Shown here: positions 1-9,940 of the stretch, piece by piece
Layout: each line of letters begins with the position of its first letter
Position numbering within the stretch: the stretch's first letter is position 1
Assembly: GCA_039208735.1 (NCBI GenBank)
Contig: JBCCQY010000104.1
Coordinates: 1-33,263, forward strand
Origin: Myxococcota bacterium
GTDB lineage: Bacteria > Myxococcota_A > UBA796 > GCA-2862545
Direction of reading: 5' to 3'
DNA length: 33,263 nt
The notes under the pieces: model-generated
Told to the model about the DNA's origin: nothing
The model's database searches: none
What the model saw: only the letters and a program-made list of their open reading frames with translations
Program-made: the position numbers and the translations under genes

Positions 1-147
1 GTCAGCACCCGGATCCAAGGCATCCCCGGTCGTGTAGCCGGCATCCTTCGAGGCCGAAGCGGGATCGGTCGCGTTGGCCGCCTTGGTGAGGCCAACGGTG
101 ATGCCCCATCGGGCCTCGTCGAGGTCGACATCGCTACTGTTCGGCAT
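1..147 (-). CDS. Putative tail fibre protein, N-terminal part (runs off the window)
   Basis: ATG at 147 overlaps the upstream stop (TGATG). Open frame MPNSSDVDLDEARWG...DPASASKDAGYTTGDALDPGAD; follows the baseplate wedge genes. Not in the ORF track. Confidence 0.6.
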   Translation of the reverse strand, partial: MPNSSDVDLDEARWGITVGLTKAANATDPASASKDAGYTTGDALDPGAD

Positions 148-767
148 CAGGCCCCCAGTCCGGTTGAAAGTGAGCGGCCAATCCAGGCTGTTGGCGAATA
201 GCCCCGCCCCGGGACGCCGTAGACGACGCCGGTTTCCGTGACTTCGTGCAGCGACACCAGCGTGCCGATGGGTCGGGCGCGTCGAGCCACCGTGGTGGCC
301 CGTTCGGCGACCGGTTCGGCAAGCAAGGCGGCTCCTGACGTGACGGTGACGCGGACGAGCGGAGCGCCGTTGGGCTGGAATGCCACCCGGACCGAAGCGG
401 GTGCGAAGGCGTCCTCGAGCAACTGCACGTAGTTTGCGACGTTGCACGGGGTCTGCGTCGTGCCGATGGTGTTCGCACGGATGCGCAGGTCGATGAACCG
501 ACGAAACTCGGGGGTCGGAAGTGCGCCCTGTTGTTCGCCGACGAGCTTGCCCCACTGCCGAATGGCCGGTGCAACCGTCGCATCGTTGAGCAGGGTCGAG
601 CCGTCGTAGACGCTGAAGATGGTGTCTTCGGCGAGCTGACCCGCACAAGCGAGGGCCTCAACGTAGGCACGAAGACGGGGTTTGCAGCGCTGGTGCCAGA
701 GCATCCGGTCCGTGGCACTGGCGGTGTGCTCGGGCTGGTATTGCAAGCCGTAGGACGTCGCGGTCAT
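147..767 (-). CDS. Baseplate wedge subunit (DUF2612/gp48-like)
   Basis: Start re-set to ATG 767 (ATGA overlap with baseplate J stop). Motif WGKLVGEQ...FRRFIDLRIRAN; position after baseplate J. Confidence 0.75.
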   Translation of the reverse strand: MTATSYGLQYQPEHTASATDRMLWHQRCKPRLRAYVEALACAGQLAEDTIFSVYDGSTLLNDATVAPAIRQWGKLVGEQQGALPTPEFRRFIDLRIRANTIGTTQTPCNVANYVQLLEDAFAPASVRVAFQPNGAPLVRVTVTSGAALLAEPVAERATTVARRARPIGTLVSLHEVTETGVVYGVPGRGYSPTAWIGRSLSTGLGA

Positions 768-1957
768 GATGCCGCCACAGCCGTCACGATGGCCGCATTG
801 AGCTTTTCGTTTGCGTTCGGGAAGAGGTCGGCGTTGGCGCCATTGATGGTGAACGCGGCGGCCGTGACGCCATTGATGCCGGCAGCGAGCTGACACAGCG
901 TGAGTCGGGTCAATGGCCCGCCCATCTGCAACGGGGTGACGTAGGCGTCGACCGCAGCCTGGAGTTCGGCTTGAAGGTCGGCCAGCGCAAAGCCCGTCGC
1001 CACCGTCAACGTGGCCACCACGTTCGCCGTGAGCAGCGTGCCGTAGGCGACCCCGAGCGTGTAGGTGCTTTGGCCGACGCTCACCGTTCGGCTGAAGGCC
1101 GCAGCCACACCGTTTCGCACGCCGATGTGCAGGTTGGCTTGCAGTGCATCGAGCACCGCACCTTGGTCGGCCGCGCCGAGTGGGTTCGGCAGGACGTAGA
1201 CCGCATAGGAATGCGCAGGGAGCGACACCCCGTTGACGGTCTGGATGGCGTTGTCGGGGTTGTCGATGAGGAGCGCGTCAGTGACGCCCGGGACGGCGAG
1301 TACGGAAGCTCGCAGGGCATCCACGGTGTGCGCCCCCGCCGCAGCCGGGGACTGCCTTCGTCGCACGCGGAGTTGGTCGAGCGACTCGGCCGCCACACCC
1401 GCAACCGCAGCGGCGGGGTTCGTCACCGCGGTGAGGCCGGCTCGAGGCGTCACAATCGACGTGATGGTGGCCGCGGGCGCTGCGATGGGGCCCGTCTCCG
1501 AGGCCTCGGCCGTGATGCCCGTTGCCGACCCCGAGCCATCGAGGGTGGCATCCTCGATCGTCGTCCACGTGGCGGTGCCGTCGGCTCCTCCGCCCTGAAC
1601 AATGAGGCCCGCCGCGATGGCGGCGTTCGGAGAGCCCGTCAGCGTCAAAGCGACGCGGCTTCGCGTGGCACCCTTGCGTGCGACGCCAACAATGCGCGCC
1701 AGGTTGGTGGCTTGAACACCGGTGGCGGCGTCGGGGTCGAAGGCGTCGTGCAACGCAATGAGCGCCTGCGAGACTTCATCGAGCAGCTGGGCGAAGATGC
1801 CGTTGAGGATGACCAGCTGTTGGTCGCTGTTGTCCGGGTTCGCCGAGTCGAGATCGATGCCGGTCGCATTGAGGTACCGGGCATCGATTTCGGCGAGGAA
1901 GTCCGCCGTGCGGGGCACCTTGAGGCCGGTCTCCGTCAGCCCAAACGCGAAAGCCAT
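764..1957 (-). CDS. Baseplate J/gp47 family protein
   Basis: FGLTETG N-terminus, FDPDAATG, GLTAVTNP..A..G..AES..QLRVRR, VPGVTDA motifs. GGAGG 6 nt before ATG 1957. Confidence 0.9.
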   Translation of the reverse strand: MAFAFGLTETGLKVPRTADFLAEIDARYLNATGIDLDSANPDNSDQQLVILNGIFAQLLDEVSQALIALHDAFDPDAATGVQATNLARIVGVARKGATRSRVALTLTGSPNAAIAAGLIVQGGGADGTATWTTIEDATLDGSGSATGITAEASETGPIAAPAATITSIVTPRAGLTAVTNPAAAVAGVAAESLDQLRVRRRQSPAAAGAHTVDALRASVLAVPGVTDALLIDNPDNAIQTVNGVSLPAHSYAVYVLPNPLGAADQGAVLDALQANLHIGVRNGVAAAFSRTVSVGQSTYTLGVAYGTLLTANVVATLTVATGFALADLQAELQAAVDAYVTPLQMGGPLTRLTLCQLAAGINGVTAAAFTINGANADLFPNANEKLNAAIVTAVAAS

Positions 1958-2367
1958 CACGCACCTCCGAAGAAGACTTGGAAGAACGTCGTGTTGGTCG
2001 GGCCTGTGTTGGAGGCCACCAGCGAGAGCCGCGTGGTCTCCCCTGCGTCAGTGACGACCGTGCCTGCCATCGTGACGCGGCGGGTCGTGCGATCGAAAGT
2101 GGCAGAGAACGCCTCGAGCGAACGCACGCCGTCAGTCGCCAGGATGGAGACTTGCACTTCGGCCGACATCGCATCGAGGTCGGGCGGCTTGGCTTGGCGC
2201 CACTCGAGCAGGGGCAACCCTTGGTCAAGGGCCAAAAACCACTCGCCTCGACCGCGCTGCAGCCGAGTGTAGATGCGCTGGCGGACCAGCTCGAGGCCCG
2301 TGACCAGCCGAGGTCGTTCCGGCAGGTCGCCGGTCGCAGGGTCGAGTTCGAGGTCGACGTTCGCCAC
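1957..2367 (-). CDS. Baseplate wedge / sheath initiator (gp46/DUF2634-like)
   Basis: DLELDPATGDL...QRIYTRLQRGRGEWFL...G.P...ILATDGV motif pattern; position between spike and baseplate J. Confidence 0.8.
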   Translation of the reverse strand: MANVDLELDPATGDLPERPRLVTGLELVRQRIYTRLQRGRGEWFLALDQGLPLLEWRQAKPPDLDAMSAEVQVSILATDGVRSLEAFSATFDRTTRRVTMAGTVVTDAGETTRLSLVASNTGPTNTTFFQVFFGGA

Positions 2368-3006
2368 CTACTCCCCCTTGACTTTGGTGGCGCCGAGGTC
2401 GCCAATGGAGGGCGAAGGCACCGTTGGGGCCGACGTCACGCCGCTGACCGGGTCGGTGTGGATGTGACCGTCGAGCCACAGCTTGAGTTCGCTCAACTGC
2501 GCCGTGAGCTTCGACAGCAACACCACGGGGTCGGTGGCGAGGCTGCTGCCGAGCCGAAGGTCCGGGGACTCGAGCACGGTGGCGCCTTCGGCCCATGCGG
2601 TGGCGGGAAGTGGTCGGCTCGGCGGTCGGCCGCCGGGCAGCACGTAGGCATCGGTCAGGTTGAACCGGCGAACGTCCTGCGGGACGTTGATCCGAGCACC
2701 GGTCGCCTTCCATTCGTCGAGCGAGCGATCGGCCACCACAAGCGTGACGTAGTCGCCCACGTCGAGCGTGCCCGTGTAGTGCTTCGGCCAGATGACGGGC
2801 AGGTTGTGGAACTGGGGCATGGCCTCGGCCACCAGCTCATCGCTGTCCGGAACGCGGCGGCGAATGGCGAGAGCCGGCTGCACGGTGACGGTGGATGGAG
2901 GCGAGAACGCAACCACGGTGGCGGGCAAACACGAATGGATGCGGCCGAGCGTGTACTGGCTTGCGTCGAAGTACAGCTCGCCATCGCTTGGGGTGGCGCT
3001 GCTCAT
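2368..3006 (-). CDS. Gp138-family baseplate puncturing spike
   Basis: Start at ATG 3006 (ATGA overlap). IHSCLPATVVAF..TVTVQP, DRSLDEW, RRFNLTDA motifs and C-terminal HxH (GHIHTD). Confidence 0.85.
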   Translation of the reverse strand: MSSATPSDGELYFDASQYTLGRIHSCLPATVVAFSPPSTVTVQPALAIRRRVPDSDELVAEAMPQFHNLPVIWPKHYTGTLDVGDYVTLVVADRSLDEWKATGARINVPQDVRRFNLTDAYVLPGGRPPSRPLPATAWAEGATVLESPDLRLGSSLATDPVVLLSKLTAQLSELKLWLDGHIHTDPVSGVTSAPTVPSPSIGDLGATKVKGE

Positions 3007-3839
3007 GCGACCCCCAAGGCCGTGCCGGTGAGGTCCATGTAGAACTCGCCCGCCCACGAATCGCCGGTCATCACCACGTCGTTGGCGACGTAGTTGCCGC
3101 TCACATCGGGATGCTCGACCCGGAACCGGCGACCGGGCCGCATCGCGGAATCAAGCAGGCCCCGGACGCGGATGCCCCGACGGGTCGGGGTGGGCGAACC
3201 GATGAGGTTGCCTTCGGCGGACGAGAGCAGGATGCCGTCCTCGGCGGTCGCTTGACCGTTGGCAAGGATGTACAGCGCGTTGTCACGCACGAACCATCGA
3301 CCCCCGTTCGGCAGAACGAGGGCGGCAATCCGGTCGAGGATTTCGGGCGCCCGGTCCATGAACACGGCCCCTTGGGGCAGCTCGGCACCGGGCGGGATGT
3401 CGAGTTGGCCCCGCGTCCAGCCCGTGGCCGACAGGATTTCGGTGATCACCTGCGACCAGGGGACGCGGCCGGGGTACGACGCCACGATGAAGGCCGACAC
3501 GAAGCCTTGGCCTCCGTCGGTCGCCTCCACCGTCAGCACGCGGTCGCCGCCCGGGTCGAGGTGGTGCTCGACGCCATCGCGAGTGGGGTTGCCACTGAAG
3601 ATCTGCCGCGCGGTCCCGTCGTAACCGGCGTAGAGCCGAACAAGATTCGTTCGGGGTCGAAACAGCCCGATCGACTGTCGCGAGAGGCCGTAGATCGAGA
3701 GGGTGCCAAGCGAAGGCTGTCGACCCGCGCGATGCTCGATGCGAAACGAGGTCCGCAGGCCCTCGAAGCGGCGCCCCTCTTGTCCGGGAGGACCGACATC
3801 GACTGCAACGAGGCGTTGAATGAGGCCACGGGTCGTCAT
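3003..3839 (-). CDS. Baseplate hub protein
   Basis: LSIYGLS, LYAGY..IFSGN, WFVRDNAL, LIGSP, terminal GDSWAGEFY motifs; gene order. Confidence 0.8.
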   Translation of the reverse strand: MTTRGLIQRLVAVDVGPPGQEGRRFEGLRTSFRIEHRAGRQPSLGTLSIYGLSRQSIGLFRPRTNLVRLYAGYDGTARQIFSGNPTRDGVEHHLDPGGDRVLTVEATDGGQGFVSAFIVASYPGRVPWSQVITEILSATGWTRGQLDIPPGAELPQGAVFMDRAPEILDRIAALVLPNGGRWFVRDNALYILANGQATAEDGILLSSAEGNLIGSPTPTRRGIRVRGLLDSAMRPGRRFRVEHPDVSGNYVANDVVMTGDSWAGEFYMDLTGTALGVA

Positions 3840-4147
3840 CGCACCCCCAACGCCGTCAACTCGGCCACAGGGAAGTAGGCAAGGCGAAGTTCATCGCGTT
3901 CGTACGGATCGCTGCCGACCGCAACAAGCACGCCAGGAGGGCCGCCCAGAACACTGTCAAACACCGGGCTTTGGGGCGAGAGCCGCCGGTTTGACACCAG
4001 CTCGACGCCATCGGCATCGTGGACGGTGATGCGCCACGACGCCACGCGCTCCCGCCACGTCAGCCTCAGCTGGTACTGCACACCGTCGAGCGGAACGACG
4101 TACTCGTGGTCGGGCACGTCGTAGAAGATGGGAAGTTCCTGGGCCAT
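3836..4147 (-). CDS. Baseplate plug-like protein (103 aa)
   Basis: Real start is ATG 4147 (TGATG overlap) inside the long ORF-track call. LDGVQYQLRLTWRERVASW motif. Confidence 0.75.
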   Translation of the reverse strand: MAQELPIFYDVPDHEYVVPLDGVQYQLRLTWRERVASWRITVHDADGVELVSNRRLSPQSPVFDSVLGGPPGVLVAVGSDPYERDELRLAYFPVAELTALGVR

Positions 4148-4698
4148 CAGGGCGTTGGACCTCCCCTGACCCAGTCGAGGCCTCGAATGAAGGCGCTTGC
4201 GCCTCGATCCTGCGCGCTTTGCGGCCCGAGGTCTTGGGTGCCCGGCCCTCCGACGCTGCTCGTGTTGCCAGCCGGAATGCGAACCGACAGCGAGCGTGCG
4301 ATCCGAATCGTCTGGAGGCGAAGCCGAAAGGTCCGGGCTTCTTCGGGGCCTTGTTGCGAACCCCAGCCCTCGAGGACGACCGGAAAGACCGGCGGGTAGC
4401 CGCGGAGCGTCATGGTGAGCAGCGACGTTGAGGCGCGCTCGAGGAAGGCCTCGGCCTGCCGAACCGGCGAGAGCTGGCCCGGAATGGGGGCCACGTCGAC
4501 CAAGGGCGTGTTCGTGACGCGCACCTGCAGCACGTAGGGGTCGGGTTCGCGCTGGACGTGGTCGGTGACGTCCACCCCCACCTCGACGGGATGACGGGTG
4601 GCCGACTGGCTGGGGTCCCGCGTGACCGTGAGCACATCGAAGGTGTACGCATCGCCTGGGATGGGCGAGGTGATGGTCAAGGTGACCTGGCCGCTCAT
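4147..4698 (-). CDS. Dit-like / tail tube initiator baseplate protein
   Basis: ATRHPVEVGVDVTDHV motif, directly downstream of the tape measure gene. Confidence 0.8.
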   Translation of the reverse strand: MSGQVTLTITSPIPGDAYTFDVLTVTRDPSQSATRHPVEVGVDVTDHVQREPDPYVLQVRVTNTPLVDVAPIPGQLSPVRQAEAFLERASTSLLTMTLRGYPPVFPVVLEGWGSQQGPEEARTFRLRLQTIRIARSLSVRIPAGNTSSVGGPGTQDLGPQSAQDRGASAFIRGLDWVRGGPTP

Positions 4699-6716
4699 TG
4701 CACGCGTCCTTCGCGCACCGCTTCGGTGGCATGGCGCCGCAACGCCCCCTCGAGCTGTCGCTGTTGCGTGGGGTGAACGCCGTTAAACGTGTTGTGCTGC
4801 ACGACACTCGGGGCGGCGGGCCGGGGGGCCAACGTGCCCGAAGGCGTTGCACTGGCTCGTCCCGACACCATCTCGGCCAAGACCACCCGTGGCGGCTCGA
4901 GGGCGGACGGGCGTTTCCGAAGGGCGCCGGCGGACGCATCAGCGTTCCCGACGTCGTCTGCGAGGGCAGGCCCCTCGACACCTTCTGCCATGGCGCCCAG
5001 GGCCTTGAGGGTGCCGCTGAAGTCGCCTTTCAGAACGGCCGAGATGACGTGGCGCAGCCCCTTCAACGATTGGGTGAGGTGTTCGACACTCTCGGCCCAG
5101 CGGTTCGTGTCGTCGGTGACGCCGCGGAAGAACTCGGCGAGTTGTTGGTAGTACGGGCCCCACGACTCGAACAGGTCGAGAATGCCTTGAGCGTCCATGC
5201 CGAACGCATCCAAGACGCCGGCCAACACTTCCGTGAACAGGGTGTAGACGAGGTTGCCCCAGGCCGACATCGCGCGACCCATGGACCGAAACAGGCCTGG
5301 AATCTCGCGAAGATGCGGGGCAAACTTCTCGGCCCATTCGAGGTAGGCGCCAATCGCGGAGCGACCTCCGCGCAGGTACGAGAGAAAGTCGTCGACCACC
5401 AAGACCAGCAACCCCAAGGGGAGCAACACGGCCCCAATTGCCAGCGCAATGACGCCAAGGGCCGAGGACAGGGGGAGCGAGGCGAGCCAAGCCGCCGTCG
5501 CGCTGGCGGCGTAAGCGGCCATCCCGATGATGGTCTTGGCAAGCGACGGCGGCATCAGGTTGAAGGCAAAGCGCAAGGCTCGCACGCCAAGCCGGAGCAC
5601 GTACACCGCATTCGACACGGCGATGATGGTGGCGAGCAACGAGAGCAGCGTGGCGGCGACCTGCGCGATGCCTCCCGCGGTCAGAAACCCGGCAAACACC
5701 AGATTCCAATCCACCTTGGACATGAGCCACCACAGGCGCTCGACGGCACCGTTGATGAGCCAAACCGTCTGCTCGAATCGCAGCTTGATGATGGCTTGGT
5801 TGGCCTTGATCCAATCCTGCGCACGCTGGACGAAGCGACTCACCATGGGAGCCAGGGTCAGACCGAGCGAGTCTGACAACGCTCGGATCTGACCTTTGAG
5901 GGTGGTCCACTGGGTGGCGAGCTTGGCGCCGGCCTCGAGCAAATCGCGGTCGATGACGAGGCCGAGATCACGTGCTTCGCGGCGGAGGTTCGTGATGCCT
6001 TCCGCACCGCCTTGGAGGGCCGGCACGAGCCGCTGTGCAAGCCCGTCGCCGATCAGGCCCAGGTCCTCGCCGAGCAGGTCGTAGACCGCAGCAACGCCTT
6101 TGTCTTTGTCTGGGGCATGCTTCAGCTTTTCTGCGACCAGCTCCATGACTTCGAGTGGGTTGCGGTCTTTCAATTCTTCGAGCGTGATGCCCAGTTGTCG
6201 GAACTTCCGACCGGCCACCTCGGCCGATGCAGAGGTTCGATCGAGAGCATCAAAAGCCTGCCGACCAAACCGAGTGAGCGCAGACGTCACGTCATCGGAC
6301 GTGAGATCGAACTCACGGAAGGCGAACTGCAGCTGCTGGAACTCGTCGGTCGACAACGACAGCGCATCGGCTTGCCGGGTCAACATCCGGGCGTTTTCGA
6401 CGATGCGCCGGTTGATGATCCCGATGCCCGCATCGAAGCGCTCGAACGCATCGACGCCGCGCAACACCATGGACTCGATGAAGCCGAAGCCTTGGGCCAA
6501 CCGGTTCGCGTTGGCCTGAAACGCGCGACTTCCGAGGTTGGCCGCCAGCACCCTCGCGGACAGTGCCGCGACCCCGAGGTTCACGCCAAGTTGGACCGTC
6601 GAGCGGGCCAACGCTTTGATGCCGGTGTCGAACGCCTTCAGCCGCTTGGCGGCATTCCCATCTCCGATGACGCCAAGGCGGACGAGCAGCTCGCGGATGA
6701 CGCGCCGCTCAGCCAT
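4695..6716 (-). CDS. Tail tape measure protein (673 aa)
   Basis: IRELLVRLG N-terminus, long helical Ala/Leu-rich body with hydrophobic segments; follows the chaperone genes. Confidence 0.88.
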   Translation of the reverse strand: MAERRVIRELLVRLGVIGDGNAAKRLKAFDTGIKALARSTVQLGVNLGVAALSARVLAANLGSRAFQANANRLAQGFGFIESMVLRGVDAFERFDAGIGIINRRIVENARMLTRQADALSLSTDEFQQLQFAFREFDLTSDDVTSALTRFGRQAFDALDRTSASAEVAGRKFRQLGITLEELKDRNPLEVMELVAEKLKHAPDKDKGVAAVYDLLGEDLGLIGDGLAQRLVPALQGGAEGITNLRREARDLGLVIDRDLLEAGAKLATQWTTLKGQIRALSDSLGLTLAPMVSRFVQRAQDWIKANQAIIKLRFEQTVWLINGAVERLWWLMSKVDWNLVFAGFLTAGGIAQVAATLLSLLATIIAVSNAVYVLRLGVRALRFAFNLMPPSLAKTIIGMAAYAASATAAWLASLPLSSALGVIALAIGAVLLPLGLLVLVVDDFLSYLRGGRSAIGAYLEWAEKFAPHLREIPGLFRSMGRAMSAWGNLVYTLFTEVLAGVLDAFGMDAQGILDLFESWGPYYQQLAEFFRGVTDDTNRWAESVEHLTQSLKGLRHVISAVLKGDFSGTLKALGAMAEGVEGPALADDVGNADASAGALRKRPSALEPPRVVLAEMVSGRASATPSGTLAPRPAAPSVVQHNTFNGVHPTQQRQLEGALRRHATEAVREGRVQ

Positions 6717-6894
6717 GGCGACCCCACGCGTTCATGTGCCGCTGCACCTCGGCTTGCTCTTCCGCCTGCTGCCGCTTCGCCTCGAACAAGTCGAGCACCA
6801 CGTGCGCATGCAAGAAGTCCCGGAACGCCCAATCGCGACGGATCGCGGTTGGCGAGCACCGGTAGGCTTCCGAGGTGGCAACACGGTGGATCAT
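6709..6894 (-). CDS. Tail assembly chaperone, C-terminal (GT-type) part, probably reached by -1 frameshift
   Basis: Small ORF between chaperone and tape measure. Its frame is open back to the slippery site at 7008-7014. Confidence 0.7.
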   Translation of the reverse strand: MIHRVATSEAYRCSPTAIRRDWAFRDFLHAHVVLDLFEAKRQQAEEQAEVQRHMNAWGRHG

Positions 6895-7463
6895 GGCGTC
6901 GGCGACTCCGAAGCCGACCCGCCGAAAGGTCCGGTCAAAACCTCGGGAGACGAGGTCATCGTGTCCGCGGCTTCGGTCTGCAGATTGACCAAAGTAAGCA
7001 ACGGCCCGAAAAAATCGTTGATTTCAATCACCCTCCACGCCGCCATCAGGGCCTCGGCGTAGTTGCCGCGCCAGGCTGCGTCGTAATGGCGGGACTCCTT
7101 GAGCGGGCGTCCGTCGCGCTGGGTCCGGGCGAGGACCTTGCGAAGGAGCTGCGGCACACGGCCGGTCACGAGGACCGCTCGGGTCTCGGAGGCAACCCGA
7201 GACAGGTCGAGCTGGGCGAACGCCTCGAGTGCGGCCTCTGCTGCTTCGCTGTCGCCGCCGATCAGGCTCTGGATCCCATCGGACCCCACGAAGACGCCAA
7301 TCGCCTCGACGATGGGGCCAATGCCGACGGCAAGCAGTTCGGCGACGATGTCCATGCCTTCGCCACCCGGATGCATGACGACCAGGTAGGCATGCTCGGT
7401 GCCCTGGCTGTCGACGAGGGTGAATTCCTTCATCGAGGGATCGATGATGCGGTCGCTGTCCAC
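6891..7463 (-). CDS. Tail assembly chaperone (G-type)
   Basis: Lies between tube and tape measure genes; contains INDFF (GAT TTT TTC) near the C-terminus. Confidence 0.78.
   Translation of the reverse strand: MDSDRIIDPSMKEFTLVDSQGTEHAYLVVMHPGGEGMDIVAELLAVGIGPIVEAIGVFVGSDGIQSLIGGDSEAAEAALEAFAQLDLSRVASETRAVLVTGRVPQLLRKVLARTQRDGRPLKESRHYDAAWRGNYAEALMAAWRVIEINDFFGPLLTLVNLQTEAADTMTSSPEVLTGPFGGSASESPTP
7008..7014 (-). other. Programmed -1 frameshift slippery heptamer T TTT TTC
   Basis: X XXY YYZ pattern in the correct phase. The -1 frame has no stop from here to 6709. Confidence 0.75.
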
Positions 7464-7470
7464 GTAGACC

Positions 7471-7938
7471 TCAGACTGTGTTGAAGGCGGTGTTCAGGCC
7501 GAACTGAAAGCGCGGCTTGTTGAGCGCGAGACGAAACTGCGTCATGCCCGCGTTGCTGCTCTTGTCCAGGTTCGGCCGATTCAAATAGACGGCGTGGCGG
7601 GAGTTGCAGAAGTCGCCAATGGGCCCGTCGATCATCTGAAACGGGTTGGGCCCGATCTGGTTCGGTCGCAGTTCGCGCGGCAGCCCGAAGCCATGCTGCT
7701 CGTAGACCTGGGCCGCAAGCTCGCGGTACGAGTCCGACGTGTTCATGACGCTGAGCGTGACGAACAGGGTGTCGATGGTGCTTCGGCTTACGACCATCGC
7801 ACCGTCGGCGGTGTGCGTGACGCGCGCCGCATCGTCGGCCCATTCGAAGCGGATGGCCTCGTTTTCGGCGAAGCCTTCGATCTGGAATCCGCCGAGCGTG
7901 AGCGTGATGCTCTTCAAGTCGTACAGGGCTGCGCCCAT
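7471..7938 (-). CDS. Tail tube protein (DUF3277-like)
   Basis: YDLKSITLTLGGFQIEGFAENEAIRFE motif; 155 aa directly after the sheath gene. Confidence 0.82.
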   Translation of the reverse strand: MGAALYDLKSITLTLGGFQIEGFAENEAIRFEWADDAARVTHTADGAMVVSRSTIDTLFVTLSVMNTSDSYRELAAQVYEQHGFGLPRELRPNQIGPNPFQMIDGPIGDFCNSRHAVYLNRPNLDKSSNAGMTQFRLALNKPRFQFGLNTAFNTV

Positions 7939-7948
7939 GGGGGACTCC

Positions 7949-9040
7949 TTACGCCTCGACCACGACGGGCGTGTTCTGGACGATGAGGTTGAATTCGAAG
8001 TTCACAGCGCTCTGCGCGCTTTGGGCGGCCGCCGAAAACCGAAGCCGGCGTGCGGTGCGGTCGGCATCCGTGATGGCTTCGGCGGTGGCCGTGGTCTGGC
8101 CCGCGAGAAAGTGGCCCGCCTCTTCGCCGAGCGTCAGCAAGCCCTCGAGTTCCCCAAGGACTGCGGCCTGGCCGGTGGGTCCGACCTGGAGTTTGCGACC
8201 ACGCGCCGTGTACCGAAGGCGAAGCGCTGCGATGCGAGCCGTCAGTTCGGCCCGGAACCAGTCCGCGGTCAGCGTTTCGTACAACGGACGACCGGTGAGG
8301 CTCACACCCGGCGAGACGAAGTAGGTGGCCGTGGAGTAGGGCAGGCCAACGTTGACGTTGTTGCCAACAATGGCATCGCGCTCAGCCGCTGTCACTGCCG
8401 TAGCGTGAGCGGTGACGTCCGCCACAGGCCCATCCCACGGGGCTGACGCAAGGTTCGGGTCGAACACCACGCGTGAGGCCACCCATGCGATGTCCGCGGG
8501 GACCGTGTCGGTGTCGTGGTAGAGCACTGCGGTGCGCGTGTTGGATGCCAGCGAAGCCAGGCCTGCAGGCAAGCTGGCCGTCTTGAGATCGGCATCATCG
8601 CTCTGGGCGATGAAGACGTATTTGCCGCCCGTTTGAACCGCGTTCGACACCGACACGATGTCGGCATCCGCTCGGCTGTCGATGACGATGGCGTAAAAGT
8701 CAGCCGCCACAGCCTCAACGGCCGCCAGTCCCGCCGCGTAGGTTTCCAGCTCCACGGCGCCGGTCTGCACCTTGCCCACACGGACCGACGAAGGCCGAGG
8801 GGTCTGGGCGAACAGCGCCTGAAGCGAGGCCAGCGTTGTCGCGTTGATGTACCCCGCCGTGTTGTCGGCGACGGCCGCTTCGGGGCTCTGGTAGAGCACG
8901 GTCCGGTTTCCGTTCAGGCTGTTCGGACTCGTTGCATCCTCATTGACCAGCAGCAGCACGCGGCCAAAGCTGTCCTGCGGGACAGGATTGGGCACAATCG
9001 AGATGTTGACGACGATGGTGTTCTCGTGCGTCGCGGACAT
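7949..9040 (-). CDS. Tail sheath protein (DUF3383-like, compact 363 aa)
   Basis: IVVNISI...FGRVLLL, LFAQTPRPSSVRVG and C-terminal ADWFRAEL motifs. Confidence 0.85.
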   Translation of the reverse strand: MSATHENTIVVNISIVPNPVPQDSFGRVLLLVNEDATSPNSLNGNRTVLYQSPEAAVADNTAGYINATTLASLQALFAQTPRPSSVRVGKVQTGAVELETYAAGLAAVEAVAADFYAIVIDSRADADIVSVSNAVQTGGKYVFIAQSDDADLKTASLPAGLASLASNTRTAVLYHDTDTVPADIAWVASRVVFDPNLASAPWDGPVADVTAHATAVTAAERDAIVGNNVNVGLPYSTATYFVSPGVSLTGRPLYETLTADWFRAELTARIAALRLRYTARGRKLQVGPTGQAAVLGELEGLLTLGEEAGHFLAGQTTATAEAITDADRTARRLRFSAAAQSAQSAVNFEFNLIVQNTPVVVEA

Positions 9041-9047
9041 GAGCGCC

Positions 9048-9584
9048 TCAGGTCAGGGTGACGACGAAATCGTCGAGGGGACCGCTCGTGCTGTCGACCT
9101 CGACGGTGTCCAGCTCAATGGCGGTTTCGGGGTCCGAGACGGTGCGGTAGAGCACCGAGAAATCGCGCTGAAACCTCGGCTCCATCGACGTGTCGACGAG
9201 GTTCGTCAGGTTCTGCAAGCCCCCCGTGGGCTCGACGGTGACACCGGCCTCGGTGGTGACCGCCAACACGGAGGGGTGCCGCAACCGACCCACGGCCCGA
9301 CGAAGCCAGGTGGCAGCACCGCGGCCGAAGGTCTGCACGGAAAGCGTGCCCGTGCGCACGCCGCGTTGCCGCAGTTGGGGCGGGTCCGACGCATCCACCC
9401 ACGTTTCGTCCTCGCCGAGCTTCGCGTCGTACGTGAGCACGTTGACGGTGGCGTACGGGAGGGGTGGGCGGGGACCGTCCTGGTTCGCCAGGATGATCTG
9501 AGCGTCGGTGAGGCCCGCTGCGGTGGCGGCGGCTTTCAGCCACGTGCGGAGAACCGCAAAGAGCATGGCGAGGTCGGGATCCAT
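9048..9584 (-). CDS. Neck/tail terminator protein
   Basis: ANQDGPRPPLPYATV motif, LSVQTFG, terminal RFQRDF; precedes the sheath gene. Confidence 0.78.
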   Translation of the reverse strand: MDPDLAMLFAVLRTWLKAAATAAGLTDAQIILANQDGPRPPLPYATVNVLTYDAKLGEDETWVDASDPPQLRQRGVRTGTLSVQTFGRGAATWLRRAVGRLRHPSVLAVTTEAGVTVEPTGGLQNLTNLVDTSMEPRFQRDFSVLYRTVSDPETAIELDTVEVDSTSGPLDDFVVTLT

Positions 9585-9940
9585 CAGGACGCCTCCTCGC
9601 GCTTGCGTTGCAGGTACACCCGCTCGTGCGGAAGAAGGGGATGGGCATCGTCGACGTGGATCACCGTGTAGATGCGACCCTGCGCGTCGATGACTTCATC
9701 TGCGGAGACGCCCGAATGCTGGTCGTCGGTCCGCAGGGTGCCTTGGAGGCAGTAGATCTTGCGACTGGCGGACGCGCGCACCCCTTCGGGGAGCACCTGC
9801 CGATCGCGACCGGCCAAGGGCTGCAAGGAGCCCATGAAGGTCGATTCCGTCGACGGGCCCGCAGCCCACCCGCCGGTACTCGAATACGCCCCCACCGCAT
9901 ACCGGCGGCGGGTCAGCGTGCCCTCGCCGAGAAAGCTCAC
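9584..9940 (-). CDS. Head closure / head-tail adaptor protein
   Basis: SLQPLAGRDRQVLPEGVR motif; position in the connector module. Confidence 0.75.
   Translation of the reverse strand: MSFLGEGTLTRRRYAVGAYSSTGGWAAGPSTESTFMGSLQPLAGRDRQVLPEGVRASASRKIYCLQGTLRTDDQHSGVSADEVIDAQGRIYTVIHVDDAHPLLPHERVYLQRKREEAS

Noticed and set aside
1..9584. Stand-alone tailocin/eCIS interpretation
   Set aside because: Capsid, portal, protease and replication genes are present, so this is a phage-type element.
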